DNA of 64,000 nt, taken from Marsupella aquatica. Taxonomy: Eukaryota; Plantae; Marchantiophyta. Each line of letters begins with the position of its first letter. The first letter of the stretch is position 1. The notes under the pieces were generated by a model. That model was given only the letters and a program-made list of their open reading frames with translations. It ran no database searches and had not been told where the DNA came from. The DNA is taken from the NCBI GenBank assembly GCA_973895155.1, contig OZ316898.1:5815079-5879078 (forward strand), written 5' to 3'. This document shows, one piece after another, positions 27,604-41,269 of the stretch. A program made the position numbers and the translations under genes.

Positions 27604-28096
27604 CAAGTGAGCGATCCAGTGTTTGGTCGCTTCTGGTCTTGGGGGAACGCAAGTGAGCGATCCAGTGTTTGGTCGCTTCTGGTCTAGGGGGAACGCCGGC
27701 GCTCTTTGGTGCTGAGAGGACAGCGACTCTCTTTTCTCACTTGATTACTATATATTTCCTTTCAGTGAAGTGAAGCGTGTGCGAGCATTCTCATTTTGCT
27801 GTTCGACATTTTTAGCGTGACAGTAGGGGCCAGGGTTCGTGAGAGCTTCCGCTTGTCTTGCTTGCGTCTCGATGAAGAGCCGAGCAGTTTAAGAGAACGA
27901 ATTGGGGATTCGAGCAGCAGCCGGTCAGCGTCAATACTGACTGTGATCATCTCGCTGCCTGAGAAGGCTGATTCATCAGAAAGCGCATAGCTAAGAGAAG
28001 AGAATTGAGGGATCGGAGACTGTGATCATCTAGCTGCCTGATAAGGCTGATTCATCAGAAAGCGCATAGCTAAGAGAAGAGGATTGAGGGATCGGA
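27604..28096. repeat. Two tandem duplications upstream of the F-box gene (46 bp x2 at 27604-27695; 79 bp x2 at 27939-28096)
   Basis: caagtgagcgatccag at 27604 and 27650; gactgtgatcatct at 27939 and 28018. Confidence 0.85.
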
Positions 28097-28136
28097 GAGA
28101 ACGTGAGAAGGAACATCAGTCTATAAGCCACGAAGA

Positions 28137-29330
28137 ATGGAAGGGGAGAGAATGGGGGTGATGACGAGCCTGAGGACTCTACCAGACGAGTGGGTGGAAA
28201 AAATTGTGCTGCGGATGCCATTTCCATCGATTTGGAAAGCTCGACATCTGTCGAAATCATGGCGGGCGAGATTATCGCCAATTTCGTCACTAGATGACGA
28301 TGAAGAGATGAAGCGCCTTGCAGTATTTTTTCAGAGACAAATGGTGGAGAATAGGGTGTTCAAGAATTGGCCGTCGTTTTGCCCTGTCGGTTTTACATCA
28401 GGGAACGATCTCATCGGTTATCATCAAGCATCTCACACTTGGCAGACACTACCATCTTTGTTTCCTACGGAAGCTTTCCTGGACGTTCCAAGTCTGCAGA
28501 TAGAGGGAGCCCTCGTCTACGGGATCGCAGATCACGAGGGGCCGAGTCCCTGCCTGAAACTGGTGTATGTGGGCAACATTTTGACTCACGAGTGGAAAAT
28601 ACTGCCACATCTCCCTTACGCTTGTCACAATCATGTATGTTCCGTCAAGCTGCTGAGCACTGCAGACTCATACAAGTTGCTCGTTGTCTCTTATGACATC
28701 TTTTTCTTCGATCTAGAAGAGATATATCCCCTTCCAAACACATCTTCTGTGCACGTGTACGATTCCAAGTCAGAGACGTGGATTACTTTGGGTTCGGACA
28801 TCGAACTAGACGATCTTGACATCGAGGTTGAAGCTTCTACGGTGTATCTCGATGGCATGCTTTACATCATGATGGACAACCTCTTCGACTTTCTGCTGAA
28901 GTTGAACGTGGGAGACTTCAGTTCTCCCAATGACATTTCAACGGAGAAGCTCGCATTGATATTCGAAAGTGAGGAAGTGGATCTTACAGTGTATGGCTCC
29001 TTCCAAACCAAGTTGGTAGCTTGCAATGCGGATCTTCTGGTTATCTTGATGGAGGACGTCAGTTTTACTGTACGGATAATGCAAATTGATCTGGGGACAC
29101 ATGTGCTATCGGAGGTGGCTCGCTGTGAGCCTGCTGCTTTTACCTTGGACATGAGCAACATTTGTCTCAGGGAATTGAATTGCTACTTCCTGCAGATGGA
29201 AGTGGACGGTGTAATGCTGGCATATGACAAACGCAAAGATGAGTGGAGTTTCTTCTTTATGCCCAGGGATCCCTATGAATGGAATGACATTACCTTTCAG
29301 CCTGGCTTGAATCCCTTTATTCGAGTATAA
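28137..29330 (+). CDS. Intronless F-box protein (397 aa) with a divergent kelch/FBA-like C-terminus
   Basis: N-terminal F-box LRTLPDEWVEKIVLRMPFPSIWKARHLSKSWR; internal VGNILTHEWKILP, VYDSKSETW and VYLDGMLY motifs; C-terminal FQPGLNPF. Confidence 0.9.
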   Translation: MEGERMGVMTSLRTLPDEWVEKIVLRMPFPSIWKARHLSKSWRARLSPISSLDDDEEMKRLAVFFQRQMVENRVFKNWPSFCPVGFTSGNDLIGYHQASHTWQTLPSLFPTEAFLDVPSLQIEGALVYGIADHEGPSPCLKLVYVGNILTHEWKILPHLPYACHNHVCSVKLLSTADSYKLLVVSYDIFFFDLEEIYPLPNTSSVHVYDSKSETWITLGSDIELDDLDIEVEASTVYLDGMLYIMMDNLFDFLLKLNVGDFSSPNDISTEKLALIFESEEVDLTVYGSFQTKLVACNADLLVILMEDVSFTVRIMQIDLGTHVLSEVARCEPAAFTLDMSNICLRELNCYFLQMEVDGVMLAYDKRKDEWSFFFMPRDPYEWNDITFQPGLNPFIRV

Positions 29331-30981
29331 GTTTTCGGTCTATAGGAAGATCGAATAGATGTGGACACTCAGGTGAATAAATCGAGATCAACGATGATTT
29401 ATATCTCGATATGGGAAGGTCTGTAGCACTGTGTTGAGTGCACTTTAGTTTTATGTCAAATGTGAACGTGAAATGTGATATCTGCCTGTCCAGAAGTCGC
29501 GAATGAATGCACAGGACAAGCCTGAAAGACACCATCACTTTGATTCAAGTAAGACACGTCTTGAATGGTTACAATTCCATGCAGTTATGCGCAATAAAGT
29601 TTTTGGTCTTTAACATTGTTTTACATCCAAGTTTTGCTTCACTTATATCGGTCATTGAGATTGTCTGAGCTTCTATGGCATGAAATTTTGTTTCTCTATG
29701 AGTTAACTCCCTGATGAGGGACTTTGCGCGCGTACGTGTACCGTATAGATAGCTTCTTTTCTGGGCATCAACTTTGACGTTGAGGGGATGCTCACGAGCT
29801 GGCAATATACTTGCAACGGTGTGAATTGAGCAAATTTACAGCAATCCATAGAGAGCGTAAATCCTAATTCCATTCAGATTTTAGTATGACCATGAGATAA
29901 GCCTCCCACAGCTCGTCCTCGACAGTATAATTAATTATGCTTCGAAGTTCGAACATACCTAGAGGAAAAGAAGAAATAATTGTGGAACATTTGTCATCGA
30001 CAGTCCCTTCCAGAGGGAGATGGAGATTTTAATCTTGTTGAGCAGTCTCAACTGGACAAGTAGATCGAGTTTACGAAATGAGGCAGTTCTTGTTCAGACC
30101 TTAGTAACGAATAGGATTCTAGATTTACAAGCCGCTTGTCGACTGCACTGTACTTGAGTCCCGGCTAGAGAGACACGGCTGCTTATACCAGTGGACCACT
30201 GAAATATATTCAGAAGGAAAGAAAAGATATTGATACCAATGGATCACTGGAGTAAATTGACTAGGAAATGAGAGACAAATCAGTGCGTCTCCTTCTCAAC
30301 TTCCCGTTTCTACACCTCGTTCTGAACTTCCTTCCCTCTTATAGTCGCTCCTAACGGTCCGGATGTTTCGCACCTGGATGTTCTCCCACCGTTCTACAAT
30401 AGATTGTTTCGTCTATTTTTGCCAACTGAAGCCAGACAGAGGCAACGTATAATTTAGTACCGTGTGCTAATATTTGGTTTTCTAATTAGTATAGTGTTTC
30501 TTTTCTAATGAATTTGCTTGAAGAAGAGCACGTACGCGAGTTGTTTTCATTGAATTCATGGTCTAACTTGCTTGTGTGTCTCTTTCCGAATTCGGGATCT
30601 CTGCGTAGCAAGAATAACGCTAATTAGTGGGAAGATGAACATAGGTGCCCGAGTTGCTTTGATTAGAGTTCAGGGTGTTAATTGTGTGTTTCTTCCCTAA
30701 TTCAGGATCTCCGCGTAGCAAGACAGAACTAGGTTAATTAGCGTGAAGAATAAGTGATACTGATTGACCGGGAGGTGCTTGCTAATATCCTAAGAATTAG
30801 TTAGTGTACCCTGTTTATGTGTCCCAATGACCCTAATGCATGTCATTCTTCTTTCATTTTTATTACTTTTTAATTCTAAAAATGATACCCACCTTCCCAT
30901 ATGATTTTTTTTTACTTTCAAACAGTCCCTACATTGCAAAGTGAGTCTTGAAGAAAAAATTTGCTCAGAACATTAATTCTT

Positions 30982-31549
30982 ACAGCTTTTTACTAACCCG
31001 TCCCCAAATCACTTGAATTTGCTGACTTGTCCCCTAAACAAATTTATTTATCACCTTGCCCCCCATGTCGTATGTGGGTTACTTTTACTCGCGATTGGGT
31101 TCAGGGTGCAATGTTGTGAGACGCCATAGGCTGAGCTTAACTCGCCGGGCTCTCCTTTAGCCCCCATTCCCTTCTCCCCTGCCCGACACCATCGCAGGCC
31201 CGGGAGGACTTAAAATGCGACTCCACTGAAGAGTCGCCCTTCCATGCCATCCCAAAAACAACTCGCTGCCTCCCGAGGGCTCTTTTGGAGGGGCGACCAG
31301 TTTTTGGGAGGGACAACCAGGAAGGGGAAGGCATGTGATGGTGTCGGGCAGGGGAGAAGGGAAGGGGTTCTAAAGGAGAGCCAGGCAAGTTAAGCTCAGC
31401 CTATGGCGACTCGCCATGTTACACCCTAAACCCGATCATGAGTTAAAAGTTAATCCACATACAAAATGAGGGCAAGGTGATTAATAATTTTTTTCGGGGG
31501 CACATAGGTAAATTCAGGTGATTTGGGGGACAGGTTAGTAATAAGCTGT
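30982..31549. mobile_element. Foldback-type MITE with ~220-bp imperfect inverted arms
   Basis: acagct...gtccccaaatcac...gccataggctgagcttaact...cttctcccctgcccgacaccatc is mirrored by gatggtgtcgggcaggggagaagg...agttaagctcagcctatggc...gtgatttggggg...agctgt. No clear TSD. A similar terminus starts at ~62954. Confidence 0.75.
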
Positions 31550-34500
31550 TCACAAAACTCTTTTGAGATTTCATAAGCCCTCTAATATAATTTGTAAGTA
31601 GGATGTGAAATTTTAATAATTATTTTATTGGCAATGATTATTCAATCAATCTATTTTAGGTCTATTATCATGATTCAATCATTGTAATTAGCAATGTTAT
31701 CCAATAGGTTTGGGGGGTGAAATTAAGCTTTGACAATACCAACATGATGCCCCAAGAAGTAAAATAAAAATCTCAAGCTCCAAAACCTTAAAATAGTATG
31801 AAGTGTGAAGACTCCATGAATAGTATTCACCTTTGTTTTTCCTAAAACCCTATCATTAATAGTGTGACACATAATGAAGACTGAATGAATAATACCTTCA
31901 TGTGTATTTCTACTGCCGACCTCATTGCTAGATTTTCTTGACGATTTTCTATTCAATTTATTCAAGAAAAAACCAACCACACAATGTCTCACTATATATT
32001 AGACTACAATTCTTTCGGTCAATAAACATACCAAATTTCAGTATCTATATACTAGTGGCTAACCCTAAACAAAAGCACAACCTAAGGGAAACTCGCAACC
32101 ACAAATTTCTTCCCCTCCTTGCCTAGCAGAATACTTGATGGGCCCCTCTAGCTAAGGATATTCATGATGAGCCCCTTACTTTTCAAATATATTTAATGGG
32201 CCCCTTGTCCCTGTAACCCTTTCTCGGGACCTGTCATATTCTTTTCAATTTCCATTTTTGAATTGTAACATACTATACAAGTATCTACCTCAGTCCACCA
32301 GATGTACTGCAAATTTATTTGGTAAATTCAAAATTGATTGGAATAACAAAAAAGACAGCCCTCACTAACTAAAATGAAAATCAAAATAATAACCCGGATA
32401 ATAACCAAATAAAAATGAGCCGTGGATTGAAATAGAGATGCACCATATAGTATCCTCAAGATATTCACCCCATATGCAGGTTACTTTGAGATGTGAGGTA
32501 TTAATTAGTAAGAGCAATCTATACGCTGCTCTGCTGGTCAGGCATGGCTAGTCCAAAATTGAAAACAAGGCTGGGTGGTAAAGAATGAGGAAATGTCACT
32601 ATATAATTTCATTTCCTGTGTCCAGTACCAGCTGGAACAAATGTGCACTGGCTCGTGTACCCTGCCCTATCATAATTAAGTTGGTTAGTGCCATTAATAA
32701 ATAATTACAAAATTCATGCCCGACGTCACAATTTGACCTCCAGAACACAATGGGCTGAAAAAGTTATCAGGGTGAGGAAATTATTTTCTAGACATGGTAG
32801 CCTAAACATTTTTATTTCAGGTGAAATACCCCTGGCCAGGAAAAGGTGTTTTCAGCTGACATGGGTTGCAAACATTTGATTTGGCTAGGTCTACAAGCAA
32901 GTACAGGAAGGAAAAATAACTGTCCAAAGTTGAGAGCCCGGTTGAGAATCAACGACAAACCAAGTTAGCACTAATGTGACTCTATTGTTTATTATTGTTG
33001 CCAACCAACTGCAGGGGTATGGGTCGGGTACATCTGGAAGCCCCGTGGGACAACGCATCCATACGCCTATACCATAATTGGGATAGGGCCACGTCCATAC
33101 ACAAAGGAATGATGCAAACAGGTCAAAGACACGATTAGGAGCTATTGAACAAGTAACCAGACAATGTGAAGATTTGAAGCCGGTACTTGTGCGTCAAACC
33201 GTATAAACACATTATGAGGTATGTCTTACTGTATAGATGGACCGAATTATGTAATCATGCCAACACAAGGAAGGTCTAAGAAATTCAGTACACTCAGGTT
33301 CAAACTAAAGTCTGGCACATTTGAAAAGTTCAGTGCACTTTGGATTGGGCAGCGATGAGATCTCACGATGTGGCAATCCTAATCAAGTTTGGCACAAGGT
33401 ACGTTTGGCTGAAGATACGTCTTTATCTGAAAAAAATTATAATTACTTTGCCACGGAAGATGTTCAAATTAATTATATTGTCATTAAATTTTGTATTTAT
33501 AAATATATCATAGTTTTGTATGAAGATAATAAAAATTTAATAATATAACAAAAGTGGAAATATAGAACAACAATGACATTTTTGTAAATATAATAGTAAT
33601 AATAATAGTATTATAAATTAGAATATCTTTCATGACAATGTAATTAAAAGTTGTTATCTAAAAATCAGGTGGACTTGTGAGCTTCACCATGGTGAGGGAT
33701 TTTGGGTGTGATAGTGTCTTTCTGGTTTGCTGGATGGCAGCTTATTGGTGGATTACGCCCTTAATTGGTGGGATTTTGATACACCTTGACATGTTTCTTT
33801 TATTCGTTGTTTCACTTGGACATTATGATCCATAGTAGTCCTGGGTGATTTGGTTTTGCGTTTAGTCCTTGATTTGTCCTGGAAATTAGTTAATCCTCTT
33901 TTCTGGATTCTTGCAAGTGAACATTTGCCCAGATCCCAGGTATTTGCTGCTTCTCTTCGTGTTCCTTTGGCGGGGTCAGCGCTCTTCTTTAGCACTAGTT
34001 GCTTATTTGGGTTTCTTTGGTGTGTGATTTGTTGTTACTTTTTCACAAGTAGTTCACCCTTGTATCCTTTGCCCCCGGCTGAACCTGGTTCTTGGCCTTT
34101 TGATTGTTGTTGATTACGGACCCCACTAGAGGTCCCTTCCAAAATTCCTGGCACCACATCGTGCCATGTCAACAACAACCTCAACAAACAAGACCGGGAA
34201 CAAGACTCGTCAGTTTTGTGAATCAAACTTATAGTTTTCATTTGTGTTTGTATCAATTTGGGTGTAAATTTTAGGACGCCGTGCCATAAAAAGAAAAGTC
34301 AAAATATTGGAAATGCAAAGAGCAAGACGATTAAAACTGTCACTATGTAACCATTTTAGTTACATTTCCAATTTTAAAACTTAAATTCAAAGATTTATAA
34401 AAAATATTTTTCATATAATAAATAATGACGAATAACTAACGTGATAACTTCCTTGTTAAACCGTAACTCCCGGTATGTAAGGACCTCTCGTATTGTACGA

Positions 34501-37358
34501 CCATTAATGTTGGGAAGAGCACATAGAAACCCAGGATCGGGGAGGAGGAATGGCTGGAATCTTGAAAGTTCATCGAATTTTATACTCAAAACAAAAAATA
34601 CCTAGTCGTAGATCCCATTGAGATCTTTCTTTTGCACCATAGATCGTCTTCTAACATGGATGAATAAGATTTCTAGAGGCATTACAAAATGGATAGCAAA
34701 GATCGTAAAATCAACAAAATCGACGGCTAAGAAGGCTTGGATTTGTTTAATTTTTCATCTGAAAAATATTAACCCATTTGCAAAACGGACAGAACCCATC
34801 CATAGATCTATTTGAGATCTTTCTTTTGAGCCATAGATTGGCCATTATGATGGACGGACGAGATTTCTGGAGATAGAGAAATGGAGACGGCTCAGATCGA
34901 CTCTTCCCCCTGATTTTATTAGCCAAGGGGTCCACGAACTAATTTGGCTGTTAGTCCGGGTCTTTTATTGGGTGTTACCTTCCACATAAGTAAAGTGCTC
35001 CTTTCAAGAAAATTAATTCAGTCCACTACAAAAAAGTACAAATATGGTCTAGTGGATAGAATAAATACAAAAGATGACCCCCTAGATGACCGAAGGCCAG
35101 TGAGCCCGAGCAGTTCACAGCCCATGACCCTTAAAAGAGCCCGAGCAGTTCACAGCCCATGACCCTTAAAATGCTGACGGGTTACTAAGCTTAAACCCTC
35201 CTAGCTTGACTTGAATCAGTGTCAAAACTTATGCAGCCTATATACAAAGTACCTTGATCTGTGCTAGTAACAAACTAGACATTTAAACCAGTGAGGCCTG
35301 TAACACCAACTTTGTCACATTCAATATTCTGAACAGTACCATGCCTAGCATACAATAAGAATTTAAATAAGATCTGGGCCATTTCTACAATACTATTGCA
35401 TACAATCGGTTCTGGGGCCATTTTAGGGCCCCCTCGTCACTTCATCTTAACAAAGTTCAGCCAACTACAGAATCTCGGGGCCAGGCTGATGACCTGAAGC
35501 CTGGAATACAAAGTAAGAATCACAAGGAGGGTTTACGCAATACAATATAAAGGAATAGGGTTTATGCACTTGAAGTACTCACGCTGAGGATTTACACAAT
35601 AGAGCATGGTCATTCCAATTCCTTCCCTCGTTCGTTAAAGTGTTTGAAAGCTGTGGTATTATATCATTTTGAAATTTGCTCAAAGAGTCATTATTTTGAT
35701 ATAAAGTACTGAAAAGTGAGAATTTATTGTATTGTTTCAAATGGTAAATGGGGACAATTGAGGCACAGTTTCTTGGTTTGGGAGTAAGCGGTCAAGGACA
35801 CGAGCGTAGTACCCAGCAAGATTTTTTTAATAAACATGTAAGGACCGAAGTGAAAAGGGACAACATTGGAAACTAAAATTCTATCCAAGTTGAAAAAGGG
35901 TTATCCAAGGGCTGGCAGAAACAAAATGCAAGAAACATATATGGGGGCGATTCAATTGATTTTTAAATGGAAAATTAATTAACAAACAAGACAGCCCTAA
36001 TATATATGTTGATATAAAAATTACAAAACCAGCCAAAAAGTTGACCTCGGGAGACTCAAACATAGATGCCAAATATAGCAGCATCAAAAGGACGCAATCT
36101 ATCTATAAATAAACATTATTACAATCAAAACAGATTCCCTGGGTCGCCTCTAGAGACTGAGTGAAACTAAGGGCATGAATAAAAGTGACAACAGATATCA
36201 AAAGAGGGGGGAGAGATGGATGAGACTGGAAATAGCCAGCCAGGTATGTTTTAGTGGGAGTTATTTTTTGTCCTCACCTCTATTAATTTACGAATGGGGC
36301 AAATCAAAGACTCAAATGGGGCAAATCAAAGGAAGACTCAAAGGAACTAAGAGTTTATGCAATACAATATGAGTACTTAAAAAGGAGGGTAGTTTGGTTT
36401 TTCTTTTTCTTTTTCTTTTCCTTTTTCAATACAATAGTAGTACTCGAAAGGAGGATTTCCGCTAGCCGGTAATATTCACGGTTCAGGGTTTATTCAGGGT
36501 TCAGGGTTTATGGGATGGGTGCGATAAACATTTTATTGATTGAGACTTACTGTAGGGTCTCGAGCATACTTAGAGAAAGCGAAGAATTGTCGAGGGTTAC
36601 ATCTATCACTCAGAGCCCCCGCCTTCCCTACCGGACGGAGCTGGGAATTTGGAGCTGATATTAATATCGTTCGAGAACCTCAAAACTCCACACGGACCCC
36701 CTCTTCATTCACGAAATGAGGCATATCCAAGATGGCAGCATTTTAGAGATACAGAGCTGCACGACTAGTAACAAACACTGGATCTCCAAGACTTGGGCTT
36801 GTCGATCGCACTTTAGTTGAGTCCAGGCTAGAAAGAGGAGTAAAGGCCTGGCATTGACCATCTAAACAGCTAAGCCAGCGCACATACAGATCGTACCTTC
36901 TCAGACTACAAAGAACCTCTACATTCACATCTCTCAGTAGTCATGCAAATTCAGACATCTCGCAGTAGTCATGCAAAATCCTTTGTGCTGCAGATGCAAA
37001 GGCAGTAGACCAAAGGTAGTCCGTGAACAGTCGTCGGAAACCGCTGACGATCAGCAACATTCGAACATGCTAATGAGACATAAGGAAGTTTCACGTACAC
37101 ACTGCAGCCATCAGCAGTGGCACAGTAACTGAATTTACTGACAATCATACCTTCTAAACACTCGATATCGACAATTTGCAGATATCTTATTGGGTTCCCT
37201 CAAATTTACAGAGAGGAACACTTTTGATTTGACAGTCATAGCTTCTAAACACTAAATGTACCATAATGCTGTTTCAAATCGATATTGCCAATTTGCAATA
37301 TCTTATTGGGTTTTCTCAAAACCTATTTACAGAAAAGAACTAAAGAAGCTCGTAGTAG

Positions 37359-37910
37359 CTATAAATTACTATTGGATCTTGTGACCACACTCCGAACGCC
37401 TGACGCATACAACTCGTGATCGTTCGCCAATCTCTGTTTGTTCTTAGCAGCCAAGATCCTCCGTTTCTCCGAAGCCGCTAATGCCCGTTTCTCAGTAGCC
37501 TCCAATATCGACTTCCTCTCAGCTGAACGAGTTGAGTATCTCACCAAGGCACACTGATCTCCTTTCCCGTGATCCACAGAAACCTTCGTCGTCTTGCCGG
37601 CATTCGCATCCTTTACCACTTTCGTATTCATGTCAGAGTTGGCAGAAGGCAAGGGCGAAGGCGAGGCACAGGTCTGTAGTAGTTGGAGATAGTGAGCCAT
37701 AGGCTCGTCATACCCTCCTTGCTCCTGCTCCCAAAACATCCTGCGCAGCTCCGTCTTCAGATCCTCCTTAGAATCATGGCCCGCAAAATCTCCTCCAACT
37801 CGCAGCCTCTTGTGCACGCCTCCCTCAAATGACAGGGCCCATAATCCCCCATCGCGTCTCGCTATATACAGTCGCGCCATGGTCCTGCCTTGTCGTCTCC
37901 TCTCGTCCAC
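37359..37910 (-). CDS. Hypothetical protein ORF (183 aa), no recognised domain
   Basis: Open frame with protein-like composition in otherwise AT-rich DNA; no motif recognised. Confidence 0.3.
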   Translation of the reverse strand: MDERRRQGRTMARLYIARRDGGLWALSFEGGVHKRLRVGGDFAGHDSKEDLKTELRRMFWEQEQGGYDEPMAHYLQLLQTCASPSPLPSANSDMNTKVVKDANAGKTTKVSVDHGKGDQCALVRYSTRSAERKSILEATEKRALAASEKRRILAAKNKQRLANDHELYASGVRSVVTRSNSNL

Positions 37911-38614
37911 AATTAACTGTACCCGCCGCTAGGTCTCGCAAAGCCAAATAATTTGGAGTTCAATTACCAGTTCCGAACGCACATCATCTGCAGGACTGAC
38001 GCTATCAACAAGCCCCTGCGATCTCCTTTCCTCGACAACGATCTACTGTAAGGGTGCAGCCAGGTGCAGATGAATCCTATAAGTCAGTATATGTCGCCTC
38101 CGCGTAGAGAGATCAGGTCACAGTAGTGATGGTGCTCAGGGCTGCTGCTAGTACTCGGAAAATTAAGAAGGACAAATAATGGGGATATATATAGTAGTGC
38201 GTCGAGAGATCAGGTCATAGTAGTAGTAGTAGTGGTGCTCAGGTGCATTGGATCCCCTGTTGTTTCCTTCCCCTTACAAGGAACCCATTGTTGCCCAGTA
38301 TTGATACATATTTGAAGAAAGCTCGATTGGGGCGTAGGTGACGTGGAATCAATCGGGCCGCTGAACGAGCTCGATCAGTCAAGCGTGATCAGTCAAGCGT
38401 GACATGCCCACATTTCCGGGCACGGTTTGATTTCACAGTTCATGATCATTTTTCTCATTCCAAGTGGCGAGCATGTCACGGCTAAATGATCGCGCTGGTG
38501 GAGCTGACCGGATTCCTCGTCACGTCCACCCATCGGAGATCAGGAGTCAGCCAGACTACAAACGCGACGGCTGCAGTACCAGCTACCTTGTGGAATCCAG
38601 TAGATTTGACAGAA

Positions 38615-38866
38615 ACACATGACGATGATCAGTCGAAAGCTTGTCCCTCAAGTATTCGTTCTGATACACTTGACGATGATCAGTCGAAAGCTTGTCCCTC
38701 TAGTATTCGTTCTGATACACTTGACGCTGATCAGTCGAAAGCTTGTCACTCTGCTATTCGTTCTGATACACTTGACGCTGATCAGTCGAAAGCTTGTCAC
38801 ACTGCTATTCGTTCTGATACACTTGACGCTGATCAGTCGGAAGCTTGTCACTCTCCTATCAGTTCT
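38615..38866. repeat. 51-bp tandem minisatellite (~5 copies)
   Basis: gacg(a/c)tgatcagtcg starts at 38621, 38672, 38723, 38774 and 38825. Confidence 0.95.
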
Positions 38867-39208
38867 GGCCATGGCAGTTTTATGGACTTCGCGATTTGGG
38901 AATTTTGGGCTTTGGGAAGAGAGGAGGGATGCGAGATGAGAGAGCAGTGGAGGTTTAATTGCAGGGTAAAATCGGAGCTATACTCGGCGTTTAGTTTATT
39001 TCATCTTCGAGGTTGGCATCTCAGCAAAGACGGGTCCGGGAGGGAATATCTCCTTTAATGTTGATGAATTGGCCTTGATCCTCGCCCATCCTATTTTTAG
39101 TGTCCTACTAGGGAGGGTACCTCCAAAAGTAATGAAATTTTACCTACCCACCCCATAAATTAATTAATTCATTTATACTCTTGGACTCAATTTGGTACAA
39201 GGGTACCC

Positions 39209-39540
39209 TGTTAAGTATTGCTCTTAGTCTTGTGACTCATAGGTTACGGCACTTAGGCTAACCACAGTTAGAATCTTACCTGAGTTTAGGTTAGTCGTGT
39301 GTGACCTTGTATATACCAGGGCTAGTGTAAGTCGCTGGTGGGTGGTGTTTACTCATTGTAACGGAGCAACTTGAGGAAGAGGGAGAGCATGTATGTTCGT
39401 CTACTCTTGAAGTAAAGCTTGAGTGTTCGTGTGGACGTAGCCTTGGAGAAGAGGTGAACCACGTAGAGATTGTGTCGACTACGTGTGCATGGAATGAGTC
39501 ATGGTTGTATGGTCGTTGCGAATGATGTCTTAGTTCAACA
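39209..39540 (+). repeat. 5' LTR of the outer Copia
   Basis: tgttaag...ttcaaca; about 9 substitutions versus the 3' LTR. Confidence 0.97.
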
Positions 39541-39542
39541 AT

Positions 39543-39554
39543 TGGTATCAGAGC
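39543..39554 (+). promoter_or_regulatory. Primer-binding site (tRNA-iMet) of the outer Copia
   Basis: TGGTATCAGAGC, 2 nt after the LTR. Confidence 0.95.
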
Positions 39555-41269
39555 AAGCCTGGGAGGTGACGTTGAGGTGATCAAAATTTTCGTGACGTGT
39601 TGGTGACGGTTTTTTCCAGCAGTTAGAGTCGGTGGATTTCACGGAGTTCCGTCGCATGGAACTTGGAGGTGTTGGGCTCAACGAATAGATCGAGGCAAGG
39701 GCTATCTAACGGTGTAAAGAAATCTTTGAACGGAGTTTGTGGTGCTGAGGAATTCATGTTTCCATCGTTCTGGATTTTTGTGATTCGTGTTCGACGGTTT
39801 TCTTCGACGGTTCTTTCGGGGGGGACCTGAGATCGTTTACTCAACGGTGTGAGATTTGCGGTGGACGAGGTGACGCATGCTATAGCTCAAATTGTAGATC
39901 GGGCAAAGCTGATCGTTTTGGTAGTTGGTCTACTGTCGAAGGTGTAGCGAGTGCGATGTTCCGAGCAAAAGAGCCGTTCTGAGTTTCTGACCGGCTATGA
40001 AGTTTTTTTTTTACTGAAGCGAGGTTTCTTGTCGTTGCGTTCGACTCGGAGGAAGATTTGTGAAGTGCTACGGCTTATAGGAGAGCTTGCGGCAAGCCGG
40101 TCGTTTTGAGCTCGGGATTAGCACTTGACGCGGAGAGGGGGAGACACAACGGAGATTTCTACTCTGCTGGACCAGTTGACGACAAGGAGGCAAAATCCAG
40201 AAACATTTGTCTTCCATCAGCGGCACTTTTCTCGTCGAAACGGCAAGGCAAGAGTGTTATTTTTTGCTTGTAATCGGCAATTTTTATTTGGGGTATTTTT
40301 GGCTTAGGTTAGGGCTGGATTTGTGTGTATACACACAAATTGTGTGCATACCCACGGCCCCCGTCCTTATCAAACCCTCCTCCCCCTCCCGCGCGTATCC
40401 TACCGCAAACACGGCCTCGGCAATTGCCTCCGTCGCGCCGGCCGGCTGCCCTCGCCCCGTCGCACATCCTCCCGCCGTCGTCTCCCTCCCGCCAGCCTCC
40501 TCCAAAGCGTTCGCCCTTCGAGAGCCCTCCCTGCCCCGACCCCGTGTTTTCCCCCCCAGCCGGCAGCATTTCGCGGCTGCAGTATTCGTCTCGCCATTAA
40601 GCGAGTACGCGGCTGCGTATAGCCGCCCGATAGTCCTGCACCGCCGTATTTTAGTAAAGGGGCTTAACACCCCCTTTAGGCCCTTATTTTTATTTTTCCC
40701 CACTCCTCATTGATTATGCCTTGTGCCGGGACCTGTCGCCCTCCGATTTAACCGCTCCGACAGGGGGAACGGCCCCCTGTGAGACCTGCCGCACAGTCCA
40801 AGGAATATTCCAAAAAACCAGAGAGCTGTTTTTCGGCCTTTAGTCGAAGATTCCAAGGTCCGAACGGTAACTTTTTTCGGATCTTTTTTGGCGAGGACGT
40901 AGTCACTGAAGCTAGCAACGCGGTGCACCACTCGATTTGCATTTCCGACGACGGGTGGTACTTGGAATTTTTCTTATTCCCCGAGGTGGTCAAAACGGGG
41001 GAGAATTTTTTGAGTTTTACCCACCTCGACCGAAAACGTGAAAAGGTTTTTTGTCGGAACTCGGTTTCGATTTTGGATTTCAGCATTGGCTTGCTAGGTT
41101 GGTGGGCTAAGTGGCAGTGACAAGTTTCAAGTTTTTTGAAAAGTTGCAAAAAACGATATTTTTTCGTAATTTGGATTTTGAGTCAACGAGAAGGAAGGAA
41201 GGAAAAAGCGATAAAATAATATAGGGAGCAACACAGCAATAGCACGTGGAGAACGTTGGGAGGACAACG

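Noticed and set aside
36480-36512. ttcaggg/tttaggg-like telomeric variants
   Set aside because: Only three imperfect units; not an interstitial telomere array.
38615-38866. Regularly spaced repeats that superficially resemble a CRISPR array
   Set aside because: Units are contiguous with no unique spacers, the context is eukaryotic and there are no cas genes; it is a minisatellite.
40207-40713. Several overlapping ORFs in a GC-rich patch
   Set aside because: Low-complexity Copia 5' leader; the open frames are explained by GC content.
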